From Bdellovibrio sp. (GTDB lineage Bacteria; Bdellovibrionota; Bdellovibrionia; Bdellovibrionales; Bdellovibrionaceae), in contig JAKFBS010000001.1 of the NCBI GenBank assembly GCA_036677065.1, positions 448,001 through 512,000 of the forward strand: a stretch of DNA of 64,000 nt. Reading direction: 5' to 3'. The position numbers and the translations under genes are program-made. Of the stretch, positions 19,740 to 29,180 are shown piece by piece; positions within the stretch are counted from its first letter, which is position 1; every line of letters begins with the position of its first letter. Below the pieces are notes generated by a model. It saw only the letters and a list, made by a program, of their open reading frames with translations. It was not told the origin of the DNA and did not search any database.

Positions 19740-21659
19740 TTGGGTTACAAGCAAGAATTCATCGAAAAGGTCATCGCTGCATCAAACCTTGTCGATATCA
19801 TTTCACAGTACACAACGCTAAAACCCACAGGCCGCGGGCATATGGGGCGCTGTCCTTTTCCTGATCATCAGGAGAAGACGGCATCCTTTTCTGTCAGCGA
19901 ATTCAAAGGTGTTTATCACTGTTTTGGCTGTAAAAAATCTGGAAATGTAACGACGTTCTTGCGTGATTTTAACGGGATGAGTTTTCCCGATTCAATTGCT
20001 TACTTAGCTGAGCGTAATGGAATTCCAATTACTGATGATGCCTACGAGAATAATCGCCCGGATTATTCAAATGAAGATAAAGATCAGAAAAAAACTTTGT
20101 TACGTGCAAATAAAATTGCCGCTGATTTTTTTAAAGAAATGTTAAAACGCCAATCAACAGATTCAGTGATTCGCCAATATGTTTTAAAAAGAAAATTAAA
20201 TCCTGAAACGATTGAAGAATTTCAAATCGGTTATGCACCGAATGAATGGGAAGCCTTAGGTCAACAGCTGAATCGCAGTTCGATTCCTGTAGAAGTGGCT
20301 GAAGAAGCTCAATTAGTGCGAAAGCGTAAAGAAGGCCAAGGCTATTTCGATATGTTTCGCGATCGCCTGATGTTTCCGATTCATTCTCCCACAGGTGATG
20401 TGCTGGCTTTTGGTGGCCGTATCATCGAACAAGGTGAACCCAAATATTTAAATTCTCCAGAGACTCCAGTATTTCATAAAGGCAAAGTTCTTTATGGCCT
20501 AGCTCAAACTGCAAAACATATTCGCTCAGACGATTTAGTTTTAGTGGTTGAAGGTTACATGGATTTAGTTTCAATTTACCAAGCGGGATTAAAAAATGTT
20601 GTCGCCACTATGGGAACAGCATTAACCCCAGATCATGCTAAGCTTATTAAGCGCTTAACAAACAATGTGGTTGTGCTTTTTGACGGTGATGACGCTGGTA
20701 AAATGGCCGCAGAACGCAGTCTTCCGATTCTGCTTTCGCAAGGATTATTTCCGCGCGGATTAACTTTAACTGAGGCCAAAGATCCCGATGAATTTGTCAT
20801 AAAATTTGGAACTGAAGCGTTGAAAAAACAAATCGATTCGGCTCCTGATTTATTCAAAGTTGTTTTAAAATCGTGGATGAGTGACTACCGCGGTGAAGCT
20901 TCGGATAAAGTAAAACTCGTCGATAAAATCAAACCTGTGTTTGATGCCATGGCCGATCAGCGCCTAAAAGGCCTGTATGCTGATGACCTTTGCCAGATTA
21001 TGGGAGTCAATAAAGACTGGCTTAGGAATTCTTTTCAGGGTAATACCGCAGGGCGCAACCAAGGTTATAGCTCTGCATCGAGTACGAATTATCAAAAAAA
21101 TTTAGTGACAGAAGAGCCGCAGCCTGTGCTTTCGGCAGCTGTTGAACCTTCGCAAATCGAAGAAAACACGCAAATTAAAATTTCAGATGCCTCTAAAGTT
21201 GAGCTGATGTTATTGCAAAACACCCTCAAGAGTCGTGCCAATTTCGCTATTATGAGCGAGTTGCAAGAGCCACTTTCATTCACGCAATTATTAAGCCAAA
21301 TCAAACACTTAGGTGTAAAACAAATCCTCGAAATTGCCGAGCAAGATTATAGACAAGACGCAAATAAATTTGATAGGTTGGTCAGTCAGCTGATTGATAA
21401 AATTGATAAACCTGAGTTGCTTTTCCAAAACTCTAAACTCGACATCACCCAAATGGGTGAATTCGACGAAGAAAAAGAAAAGAAACTTATCGTGGATTTA
21501 ATTTCTCGCATTCAGCAGGAGTTTATAAAAGATCAGGCAAAAAAATTATCGATGGACATTCGCTCAGACAAACTGAACTTGAATGATGAAGATAAACTCA
21601 GACAATTTTCTGAGTTGCAAAAAAGCCGTCTCGCTCTTAAGAGCGAATCTAAAAAATAA
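19740..21659 (+). CDS. dnaG: DNA primase
   Basis: Zn finger CPF..H....SF...HCFGC, FRDRLMFPI, KYLNSPET, VEGYMD, FDGD.AG; TTG start. Confidence 0.97.
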   Translation: MGYKQEFIEKVIAASNLVDIISQYTTLKPTGRGHMGRCPFPDHQEKTASFSVSEFKGVYHCFGCKKSGNVTTFLRDFNGMSFPDSIAYLAERNGIPITDDAYENNRPDYSNEDKDQKKTLLRANKIAADFFKEMLKRQSTDSVIRQYVLKRKLNPETIEEFQIGYAPNEWEALGQQLNRSSIPVEVAEEAQLVRKRKEGQGYFDMFRDRLMFPIHSPTGDVLAFGGRIIEQGEPKYLNSPETPVFHKGKVLYGLAQTAKHIRSDDLVLVVEGYMDLVSIYQAGLKNVVATMGTALTPDHAKLIKRLTNNVVVLFDGDDAGKMAAERSLPILLSQGLFPRGLTLTEAKDPDEFVIKFGTEALKKQIDSAPDLFKVVLKSWMSDYRGEASDKVKLVDKIKPVFDAMADQRLKGLYADDLCQIMGVNKDWLRNSFQGNTAGRNQGYSSASSTNYQKNLVTEEPQPVLSAAVEPSQIEENTQIKISDASKVELMLLQNTLKSRANFAIMSELQEPLSFTQLLSQIKHLGVKQILEIAEQDYRQDANKFDRLVSQLIDKIDKPELLFQNSKLDITQMGEFDEEKEKKLIVDLISRIQQEFIKDQAKKLSMDIRSDKLNLNDEDKLRQFSELQKSRLALKSESKK

Positions 21660-21714
21660 ACTTTTTGATTTTTGTTTTTAAATTTGATTTTTTTATTAGC
21701 CCCCGTGAGGACAG

Positions 21715-23523
21715 ATGACGAATAACCCAGAAAAAAACGAAATCAAAACTTTAACTGCTGCTGAACAAGAAGTGTTAGCAAAAGAAGAAGTTCAAAAATT
21801 GCTTAAGATGGCCAAAGATAAAGGCCGCTTAACAATCGAAGAGATCAACGAATCTCTTCCGCAAGAAATTATTGCGGCCAGCGTATTAGATGCATTGATG
21901 CAGACGCTTGAAGCTAATGGCGTGGTTATTACAGAACACACAGAAGCCGCTCGTGAAGACGACAAAGACGAATTCCTGTCTAAAGTTGATGAAGAAGAAG
22001 AAGACGAAGAAGAATTAAAAGAAGCCGAAGATGTTAAGGGTTCTGACCCTGTACGTTTATACTTACGTAAAATGGGTTCTGTTTCTTTACTTACACGTGA
22101 AGGTGAAGTTGAGATTGCCCGCCGTATCGAAAAAGGTGAGCGCGAAATCGTTCGTGCGATGTTAATGTCTCCGTTAGGAACATTCGAGATCATCAATTTA
22201 GGTAAACGTTTAGATCAAGGCCGTATCAAAGTTAAATCGATCTTTCGTGGTCTTGAAGATGAAGACACTCAGTACGACGAAAAAGAATACATCGAAAAAA
22301 TTCATCAATTAATCGGTATCGTTACAAAATACCAAAAAGACACAGAAAAAGCTTTCACCGCTTTACGCGATGAAAATATCAAACCTGATGTTAAAACTAA
22401 AATTTATGAAGAAACTCGCGTAATCAACGAAGCGTTGATGGCGAATTTTGAATCAATCAATTTCAACCGTAAAACGATCAACCGTGTTGTTATTAAGTTT
22501 AAAAACTTAGTAAACCGCATGGGCACTTTACGTCGTCGTATCAAAGACGGTATGGAAAAAACTTTCTCTAAAGACGTAGCGTCTTTAGTTGAGCGTTTAA
22601 AAGTGATCGAGAATAACGAAAAAGAATTAACTAAAACTACTCGTGACACAGGTTTAAGCTACGGTCGTTTCCGTACTTACGCTATTCAGGCACAAGAAGC
22701 TGAAGTTCGTTTAAAACGTCTTCATGAAGACACCGAAATGAACTTTCGCTGGATTCAAGAAACTTACACAGCAATTTGGAAAGGTGAGCGCGAAGCTGAC
22801 CTTGCAAAATCTGAGTTAGTTGAAGCCAATCTTCGTCTAGTTGTTTCTATCGCTAAAAAATACACTAACCGTGGTCTTCAATTCTTAGATTTAATCCAAG
22901 AAGGTAATATCGGTTTAATGAAAGCCGTTGATAAATTTGAATACCGTCGTGGTTACAAGTTTTCAACATACGCGACTTGGTGGATCCGTCAGGCCATCAC
23001 GCGCGCCATCGCCGATCAGGCCCGTACAATCCGTATTCCTGTTCACATGATCGAGACGATCAATAAACTTGTGCGTACACAACGTTTATTGATCCAAGAG
23101 TTAGGCCGTGAAGCGACTCCTGAAGAAATCGCAGATCGTATGGATATGCCGGTAGATAAAGTTCGCAAAGTCTTAAAAATTGCGAAAGAGCCGATCAGCT
23201 TAGAGACTCCGGTGGGTGAAGAAGAAGATTCTCACTTAGGGGATTTTATCGAAGATAAAAAAGTGATCAATCCTGCAGAAGCGATTGTGAACTTAAACTT
23301 AGCTGAGCAAACTCGTCGTGTCTTATCAACGTTGACTCCGCGTGAAGAAAAAGTTTTACGTATGCGTTTTGGTATCGGTGAAGAATCAGATCATACTCTT
23401 GAAGAGGTTGGTCAGGATTTCAACGTAACTCGTGAACGTATTCGTCAGATTGAAGCTAAGGCGTTACGTAAATTACGTCATCCTTCTAGAAGCAATAAAC
23501 TTAAAACGTTTGTTGATAGCTAA
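21715..23523 (+). CDS. rpoD: RNA polymerase primary sigma factor
   Basis: [54 protein letters not shown]. Confidence 0.98.
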   Translation: MTNNPEKNEIKTLTAAEQEVLAKEEVQKLLKMAKDKGRLTIEEINESLPQEIIAASVLDALMQTLEANGVVITEHTEAAREDDKDEFLSKVDEEEEDEEELKEAEDVKGSDPVRLYLRKMGSVSLLTREGEVEIARRIEKGEREIVRAMLMSPLGTFEIINLGKRLDQGRIKVKSIFRGLEDEDTQYDEKEYIEKIHQLIGIVTKYQKDTEKAFTALRDENIKPDVKTKIYEETRVINEALMANFESINFNRKTINRVVIKFKNLVNRMGTLRRRIKDGMEKTFSKDVASLVERLKVIENNEKELTKTTRDTGLSYGRFRTYAIQAQEAEVRLKRLHEDTEMNFRWIQETYTAIWKGEREADLAKSELVEANLRLVVSIAKKYTNRGLQFLDLIQEGNIGLMKAVDKFEYRRGYKFSTYATWWIRQAITRAIADQARTIRIPVHMIETINKLVRTQRLLIQELGREATPEEIADRMDMPVDKVRKVLKIAKEPISLETPVGEEEDSHLGDFIEDKKVINPAEAIVNLNLAEQTRRVLSTLTPREEKVLRMRFGIGEESDHTLEEVGQDFNVTRERIRQIEAKALRKLRHPSRSNKLKTFVDS

Positions 23524-23598
23524 ATTCTTCGTTGCTGCGTCGTCGACGTGCTAAAGCACGCCTTCTTCCTAGCGCCTCGAATTCAAATTATGTTTACT

Positions 23599-23629
23599 AA
23601 ATAGGAGATCGTTGATCTCCTATTTTTTT
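23599..23629 (+). terminator. rpoD terminator
   Basis: AAATAGGAGATC-GTT-GATCTCCTATTT plus T-run. Confidence 0.88.
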
Positions 23630-23655
23630 GTCCTGAATAGCCCCAAAAAAAGCTG

Positions 23656-23670
23656 GGTGTGAAATTGCAA
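23656..23670 (+). promoter_or_regulatory. Putative sigma-54 promoter
   Basis: TGGGTGTGAAATTGCA, GG-N10-GC. Confidence 0.45.
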
Positions 23671-23695
23671 TTCTCATGTTTCATCGGAGGGCGCC

Positions 23696-23893
23696 ATGAA
23701 ATATAAAGATATGATTTCGGAAGAAGATTTTTTTAAAGCGCAAATTGCACGACGGTCTTCAAAGTCACCACAGAAAGATAGTCCGGGTGATTCTGCAGCT
23801 AATGCAAATGCTGAAGTGAATTACGGCATTGAATATCAACCGACTAAGCCGAAGCGCAAAAAAGATATTCCGGCTTTTGATAATAAAGGCTAA
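23696..23893 (+). CDS. Small hypothetical protein (65 aa)
   Basis: GGAGG RBS, upstream sigma-54-like motif and downstream terminator. Confidence 0.7.
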   Translation: MKYKDMISEEDFFKAQIARRSSKSPQKDSPGDSAANANAEVNYGIEYQPTKPKRKKDIPAFDNKG

Positions 23894-23930
23894 TTGCTTA
23901 TCACCATGAGCTTATAAGGTTTTTTCTCTG

Positions 23931-23959
23931 AAAAGGAGATCCATTGATCTCCCTTTTTT
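23931..23959 (+). terminator. Terminator overlapping the -35 of the next promoter
   Basis: AAAAGGAGATC-CATT-GATCTCC-C-T6. Confidence 0.7.
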
Positions 23960-23979
23960 ATTTTGCTAGCCTTGAGCCA

Positions 23980-25092
23980 GTGGAAATTTCAGTCATTCAT
24001 GTCATCAATAACGATCAGCGAAACGCAAAATCTGTAAATTTTGGCCCGCATTTTTTAAATTTAGCCGGTAAAACGTATTTATATAGTAGCGTACGTTTCG
24101 AAATCGGTGGCAATAATGATTCAATTCTATTTATTCATTTAAACGATAAAGAATTACTCTACATCGCTTTAGACCGATCAATGAAAAAGCAGCTGCTGGA
24201 AATTGAAACGATCAAAGCTCAGTTGCTGCCTTTGTTTAAAGTTAGTGATAAAAACCTGTATACGGATTTAAGTTATGTCGCTGTAATTATAGCGATTATT
24301 GCTTCGATGATTTATTTTCGTGGGCCAATCGCCGGAGCCTTTGCGACATTGATTCCGGTCAGTATAGAGAAAAAAATCGGGGATAAAGTATTTAAGACTA
24401 GTGCTACTGACGAATTTAAAAGTGTTAACAACGCTGAACTTAAATTACAAGACTTGTTAAAGCATATTAAAGGTTACGACCAGAAAAAAATCACGGTCCA
24501 TATTTCATCAAAAAAAGAAATGAATGCTTACGCAACTATCGGTGGTCATTTATTTATTAACCGCGGGTTAATTGATGAACTTCAAAAACCAGAAGATCTA
24601 TTGGGCGTCATCGGGCACGAGATGATTCATGCTGAAAGACGGCATGTCATCAAGAGCATTTTTCAAGGCGCGGGATTATTTTTATTAATTCAGACAATAT
24701 TGGGCGATGTTACTGGATTAGCGGCGGTCTTGGCAGATAACGGCGATTCTTTATTACAATTATCGTATTCAAGAGACTTAGAAAAAGAAGCCGATCTTTT
24801 AGCGGTTAGAATGCTGTTGGATAGTCAGATAGATCCGACTGGGCTAAAGTCAGCATTGCAAGTTATCGAAACTGATTACAATAAAACGCTTAAAGAAACA
24901 GTCGGCGGTGGTGCGATTGAAAAAATTTTAAATCAAAGTTTTTTACGTTCACATCCTCAAACTGAGCAGCGGTGTCTAGATATTCAGAATCAAATTGACG
25001 AGCTTCGTAAAACTCCTAAATATGAAAACGTTGAGTACATCAGTCTAGAGACACAATGGACAGCTTTTAAAGCTGCAATGAAAGAGCTCTAG
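23980..25092 (+). CDS. M48 family metallopeptidase with N-terminal domain and TM helix
   Basis: NAYATIGG, GVIGHEMIH, YSRDLEKEAD, SHP; GTG 23980 preferred because the longer ORF start lies inside a terminator/promoter. Confidence 0.88.
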   Translation: MEISVIHVINNDQRNAKSVNFGPHFLNLAGKTYLYSSVRFEIGGNNDSILFIHLNDKELLYIALDRSMKKQLLEIETIKAQLLPLFKVSDKNLYTDLSYVAVIIAIIASMIYFRGPIAGAFATLIPVSIEKKIGDKVFKTSATDEFKSVNNAELKLQDLLKHIKGYDQKKITVHISSKKEMNAYATIGGHLFINRGLIDELQKPEDLLGVIGHEMIHAERRHVIKSIFQGAGLFLLIQTILGDVTGLAAVLADNGDSLLQLSYSRDLEKEADLLAVRMLLDSQIDPTGLKSALQVIETDYNKTLKETVGGGAIEKILNQSFLRSHPQTEQRCLDIQNQIDELRKTPKYENVEYISLETQWTAFKAAMKEL

Positions 25093-25109
25093 CCAGAAAG
25101 CAGGGGCTT

Positions 25110-25775
25110 ATGAATGTTAAAGAAATCGGATCATCCGCTTTTCAAATCTTAGAGTGTGAATTAAATCCAAATGAAATGATCACGGTCGAATCAGGTGCCA
25201 TGGCCAGCCAAGATGTTGGAATAATGCCAAATACCGTAATGAATGGAACTTTCTGGCAAGCCCTTGTGCTAAAACTTTTAGGCGGTGAAAGTTTTTTTAT
25301 TAATCACTTTCAAAATGTTTCTAGTAAAACGCAAAAAATTCATATCAGTCAAAGCACTCCAGGTGATATTCAAAGTCGCCAGTTAAACGGTGAAGAAATC
25401 TTTATCGAGACTGGTTCTTTTATCGCCCGTACTGGTGATATTAAAATTAAAACTAAATGGGCCGGATTTAAAAATCTGATTGCCGGCGAAGGTTTATTTA
25501 AACTTTCATTTAAAGGCACAGGCACAATTTGGTATGGCTGCTATGGTGCTGTCGTCGAAAAAGAAATCAATGGCACATACATTGTTGATTCAGGACATCT
25601 ATTAATGTGGCCTCCGACAGTTCAGTTAAAACTAAAACTTGCCGGTGGATTAATTGACAGTTTTCTAAGTAAAGAAGGTTTTGTCTTACAATTAGAGGGT
25701 CAAGGCAAAGTGCAGTTACAAACTCGAAGTGTTAAAGGCCTTGCGCAATGGTTAAATGCGCGTTTTTGGAGATAG
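25110..25775 (+). CDS. AIM24/TIGR00266 family protein 1
   Basis: VESGAMAS, LGGESFFIN, GEGLF, VDSGHL, EGFV..L.G.GKV..QTR. Confidence 0.92.
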   Translation: MNVKEIGSSAFQILECELNPNEMITVESGAMASQDVGIMPNTVMNGTFWQALVLKLLGGESFFINHFQNVSSKTQKIHISQSTPGDIQSRQLNGEEIFIETGSFIARTGDIKIKTKWAGFKNLIAGEGLFKLSFKGTGTIWYGCYGAVVEKEINGTYIVDSGHLLMWPPTVQLKLKLAGGLIDSFLSKEGFVLQLEGQGKVQLQTRSVKGLAQWLNARFWR

Positions 25776-25777
25776 CC

Positions 25778-26455
25778 ATGAAATTTGAATTAAAATTCCA
25801 ACCCTCATCAACGATTGCAATTTGTCACCTTGAGCCTCAGGAAACATTAGTTTCTGAAGGCGGCGCAATGATGGCGCTTAAAGGTGCGGTTTCAGTAAAT
25901 ACCACCACTCATCAAAAAGGCGGCGGCGGAGTATTATCTGGCGTTAAAAGATTATTAACCGGCGAAAGTTTTTTTCTAAATCAGTACAAAGCTAATCAAG
26001 CAGCACAAGTTTGGTTATGTGCAACGTTACCCGGTGATATGTTGGTAAAAAAATTGAACGGCGAAAATTTAATAATCGCTGGCGGCGCTTTTGTTGCCTG
26101 TGATCATGACGTGCAAATTAATTTAGAGTGGCAGGGTTTAAAAAGTGTTTTTTCAGGAGAATCACTTTTTTGGATCAAGGCCAAAGGGCATGGCGAACTT
26201 TTATTAAATAGTTTTGGTTTTATTTATCCGGTGCAAGTTGACGGCGAATACATCGTTGATACCGGACACATTGTAGCTTTTGAAGAAACGCTGCAATTTA
26301 ATATTTCAAAAGCTTCTAGCAATTGGCTACAGGCTTTTATGAGCGGTGAAGGCTTCATTTGCAGATTCAGCGGTAAAGGCACGGTTTGGTGCCAGTCGCA
26401 TAATCCAAGAAGTTATGGCCAAGAATTAACTCCTTATCTGAAAGCCCGAGGTTAA
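25778..26455 (+). CDS. AIM24/TIGR00266 family protein 2
   Basis: SEGGAMM, TGESFFLN, SGESLF, VDTGHIVAF, SGEGFICRFSG.G; GGAG RBS. Confidence 0.93.
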   Translation: MKFELKFQPSSTIAICHLEPQETLVSEGGAMMALKGAVSVNTTTHQKGGGGVLSGVKRLLTGESFFLNQYKANQAAQVWLCATLPGDMLVKKLNGENLIIAGGAFVACDHDVQINLEWQGLKSVFSGESLFWIKAKGHGELLLNSFGFIYPVQVDGEYIVDTGHIVAFEETLQFNISKASSNWLQAFMSGEGFICRFSGKGTVWCQSHNPRSYGQELTPYLKARG

Positions 26456-26457
26456 TT

Positions 26458-27120
26458 ATGAAATTTAATATTGAACATAGACCGGATTTTTCGTGGTTAA
26501 CTGTTTCAGTTCCTAAAGATCAAACGTTGTTTGTCGAATCTAGTGCCATGGCCAGCATGTCGACAAACATGCAGATGAAAACTAAATTTAAAGGCGGTTT
26601 ACGCCGGTTTGTTTCAGGAGAATCACTTTTTCTATCTGAATTTAAAGCTAATGCAATGGACGGCGAAGTAACAATTGCCCCCGGGCCGTTTGGTGATATT
26701 TCACATTTTGAATTAAAAGGTGAAACAGTATTTCTTTCTTCTAGTTCATATGTGGCTCACACCGAAGGTTTGGTTTATGAAACTAAATTTCAAAATGTCA
26801 CAAAAGGTTTATTCTCTGGTGCAGGTTGGTTTTTAGTGAAGATGTCGGGCACCGGCCACGTTTGGTATAACGGCTATGGTGCCTTAACTGAAATCAATGT
26901 CGAAGACGAAGTGCTGATTGATAATAATCACTTAGTCGCATTTACCACCGGTTTAGAATACGACATGGAAAAATTGGGAAATTATAAATCACTGTTTTTC
27001 AGTGGTGAAGGTTTTGTCTGTCGTTTTCGCGGTAAAGGAAAAGTTTACGTGCAAACGAAGAAGCCTTCGGCCTTAGTGAGCTGGGCGCATATCTTTCGCC
27101 CAGTCAGAAAGAATAATTAG
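26458..27120 (+). CDS. AIM24/TIGR00266 family protein 3
   Basis: VESSAMASM, SGESLF, IDNNHLVAF, SGEGFVCRFRG.GKVYVQT. Confidence 0.93.
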   Translation: MKFNIEHRPDFSWLTVSVPKDQTLFVESSAMASMSTNMQMKTKFKGGLRRFVSGESLFLSEFKANAMDGEVTIAPGPFGDISHFELKGETVFLSSSSYVAHTEGLVYETKFQNVTKGLFSGAGWFLVKMSGTGHVWYNGYGALTEINVEDEVLIDNNHLVAFTTGLEYDMEKLGNYKSLFFSGEGFVCRFRGKGKVYVQTKKPSALVSWAHIFRPVRKNN

Positions 27121-27124
27121 AAAA

Positions 27125-27871
27125 TTATTTCATCAAACGGCGCAGAATAAAATAATAGTGATGATACATTGGTTTTGCGCGGTTTGAATCACACATCAAA
27201 GAATGTTTCAGGCAAAATGATTCTGAAGTGATGGTTTCGTATTCATCGCCAAGCCCTAACATATGCCCGAATTCATGTGCGATTGTTGTCGCAGACCAAT
27301 TGCGGCCCCAGTTCGTGTCATAAGGGCCACGGGTATCATCCCATAAAATAACTGAATAGTGCGCCTCTTTTTGATTAGTCACGACTTGAAATTGAAAACG
27401 ATATTTAAAATCTAACGGCGTCTGGTTGGTGTTCCAGATTTGTTCTGCTTCGGCAAATTTCTTTTTAAAATTTTCTAAGTCTTGGGGTTTGGGGTTAAGA
27501 AAATTTACTTTTACCCGTAAAGTGACATCTGTCGAATTCGGTGTGTAAATCAAATCATAGTTATATTTTTTCGGAAAAAATTCGACGTAAGTAATTTTAC
27601 CCTGAATATTTGGCTTTAAATTAAAATGATTACCGCTTAAATGGCTAGGTGTCGGGTAATTTTCAAAAGTGTCTTTTAAGTGCACATTAAATGACTTAAA
27701 GGCGTGGTCAGGCTGAGCTGAGCGGTCTTTGGCTGGCATCAGCAATTCATAAAGCCAACGGTACTTTTCAGGGTCAACAGATTCGATCGTCTGTTGTGGC
27801 GCTGAGCTGGCTAGCGCGGGATTTAGCAAAAAGGCGACAAATAATGCAAAAAATTTAAGTGAAGTCATCAT
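27125..27871 (-). CDS. Secreted zincin-type metalloprotease
   Basis: Signal peptide; AHEFGHMLGLGDEY and a downstream SLM Met-turn. Confidence 0.8.
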   Translation of the reverse strand: MMTSLKFFALFVAFLLNPALASSAPQQTIESVDPEKYRWLYELLMPAKDRSAQPDHAFKSFNVHLKDTFENYPTPSHLSGNHFNLKPNIQGKITYVEFFPKKYNYDLIYTPNSTDVTLRVKVNFLNPKPQDLENFKKKFAEAEQIWNTNQTPLDFKYRFQFQVVTNQKEAHYSVILWDDTRGPYDTNWGRNWSATTIAHEFGHMLGLGDEYETITSESFCLKHSLMCDSNRAKPMYHHYYFILRRLMK

Positions 27872-27929
27872 AGCTGCAAGTAAATCGCAAAAGAAGTGGT
27901 CGCTGCAAGCTTTTTATCAGCGTCGCTGA

Positions 27930-27958
27930 TTGATCTCCTATTGGTGTTTTGCTAGGCT
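27930..27958 (+). promoter_or_regulatory. Sigma-70-type promoter of the tRNA
   Basis: TTGATC-17 nt-TAGGCT with extended -10 TG. Confidence 0.6.
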
Positions 27959-27989
27959 AGATCTATCGTCTTTAATCAAACATTCCGGT

Positions 27990-28066
27990 GGGGGTGTAGC
28001 TTAGTTGGTTAAAGCAATCGGCTCATAACCGATGGATCCGGGGTTCGAGTCCCTGCGCCCCTACCA
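27990..28066 (+). tRNA. tRNA with CAT anticodon, probably tRNA-Ile2 (lysidine); elongator Met not excluded
   Basis: 77-nt cloverleaf: acceptor GGGGGTG/CGCCCCT, anticodon arm ATCGG-CTCATAA-CCGAT, GGTTCGAGTCC T-arm, encoded CCA; lacks initiator features. Confidence 0.95.
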
Positions 28067-28124
28067 TTTCAATTCGCATGACAAGTTTTACCCTTGAAGA
28101 TATCGGTTCAAAAAAAGGATTCCC

Positions 28125-28397
28125 ATGACACACATATTATTTGATCAAGGAAAAAAGCTGGGAGAAGTGTCTGAATGGAAATTAACTCCCTATGAACCCG
28201 TGTATAAAAATATTCTGGGAAAGCTGGTTCTTATGCCCGCAACGTCTGATGTATGTTCTTTTGTAACGCCGAAGCCGGTTAGTCGCAAAACGCAATTGAC
28301 GATCATTGAAGATCGAAAGTTAGAATTGGTTCTGCAAATTAAATCGGTTAAAGGCATGACGGTCACTGCATCGATTGTTTCTCGTAACAATTTATAA
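28125..28397 (+). CDS. Hypothetical protein (90 aa)
   Basis: AAGGA RBS, open frame; no family recognised. Confidence 0.65.
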   Translation: MTHILFDQGKKLGEVSEWKLTPYEPVYKNILGKLVLMPATSDVCSFVTPKPVSRKTQLTIIEDRKLELVLQIKSVKGMTVTASIVSRNNL

Positions 28398-28399
28398 AC

Positions 28400-28906
28400 C
28401 TAAGTAACTCTATCTAAAATAAAGAGACCGCGCTTGAAATTGTTTTCGACAATTTTGTATTCAGATTTTAAATGATATTGATTTAATAGCGAAGAATTTT
28501 TAATCAATTCAAGTAGGTTCATTTCGTCTCTGTGAGGACCAAGAATAAGACGATCTGCATTTAGAAAATTATTTTTTGCTAAACCGTCTAATATCTTAAA
28601 AATAGCTGAGCCGCCAACTCCGGTAATACAAACGGTTCCGGTTACGTTTGTATGAATATCTTGTCCGGCGGTGCCGATGAAACTGGTTTTCACTGCAGAA
28701 TCAGTTTTAAAAATGGATTTGTGGAATTGGATTTTTAATCTATCTATTATCTCTGGAACGCGATCAACAAAGTAAATATGGGTAAAGTTCGCATTTTTGT
28801 AGGCTGCTATTCCGAGATAGCCATGATCGCAGCAAATATCCCAGACGTCTTTTTCTGGAAGCAGGTTTTCATATACAATTGTTAAGCGCTCGGATAGTTT
28901 AATCAT
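28400..28906 (-). CDS. trmK: TrmK-like tRNA (adenine22-N1)-methyltransferase
   Basis: KLSERL, WDICCDHGYLG, ITGVGG..I..IL, RLILGP. Confidence 0.8.
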   Translation of the reverse strand: MIKLSERLTIVYENLLPEKDVWDICCDHGYLGIAAYKNANFTHIYFVDRVPEIIDRLKIQFHKSIFKTDSAVKTSFIGTAGQDIHTNVTGTVCITGVGGSAIFKILDGLAKNNFLNADRLILGPHRDEMNLLELIKNSSLLNQYHLKSEYKIVENNFKRGLFILDRVT

Positions 28907-28973
28907 ATGATTTTGCCATCCTATTAGAGCGCGTTGTTATTGGCAATCAACACCTGAGGTAAGATTTATTAGT

Positions 28974-29180
28974 ATGGAATACATCAGCGATTTTTTTTAT
29001 AATGTGGTTTACTTTTATTTAGGCAAAGCGATTTTTGGTAAGAAATTTGTTGAAGACCGCAGTAACATCCCAATTTGGCAACGCTTCGCTGTCGGGCTAT
29101 TGTGCTTGATTGCTGCAGTAGCAGTTGTTATCGGATTTGTAGAGCTATACCAAGTTATAAAAAAGGCTTATACTTCTTAA
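28974..29180 (+). CDS. Small membrane protein
   Basis: Hydrophobic C-terminal helix; stop codon abuts the ATG of the next gene. Confidence 0.6.
   Translation: MEYISDFFYNVVYFYLGKAIFGKKFVEDRSNIPIWQRFAVGLLCLIAAVAVVIGFVELYQVIKKAYTS

Noticed and set aside
27990..28066. Initiator tRNA-fMet
   Set aside because: No C1:A72 mismatch and no three consecutive G-C pairs in the anticodon stem
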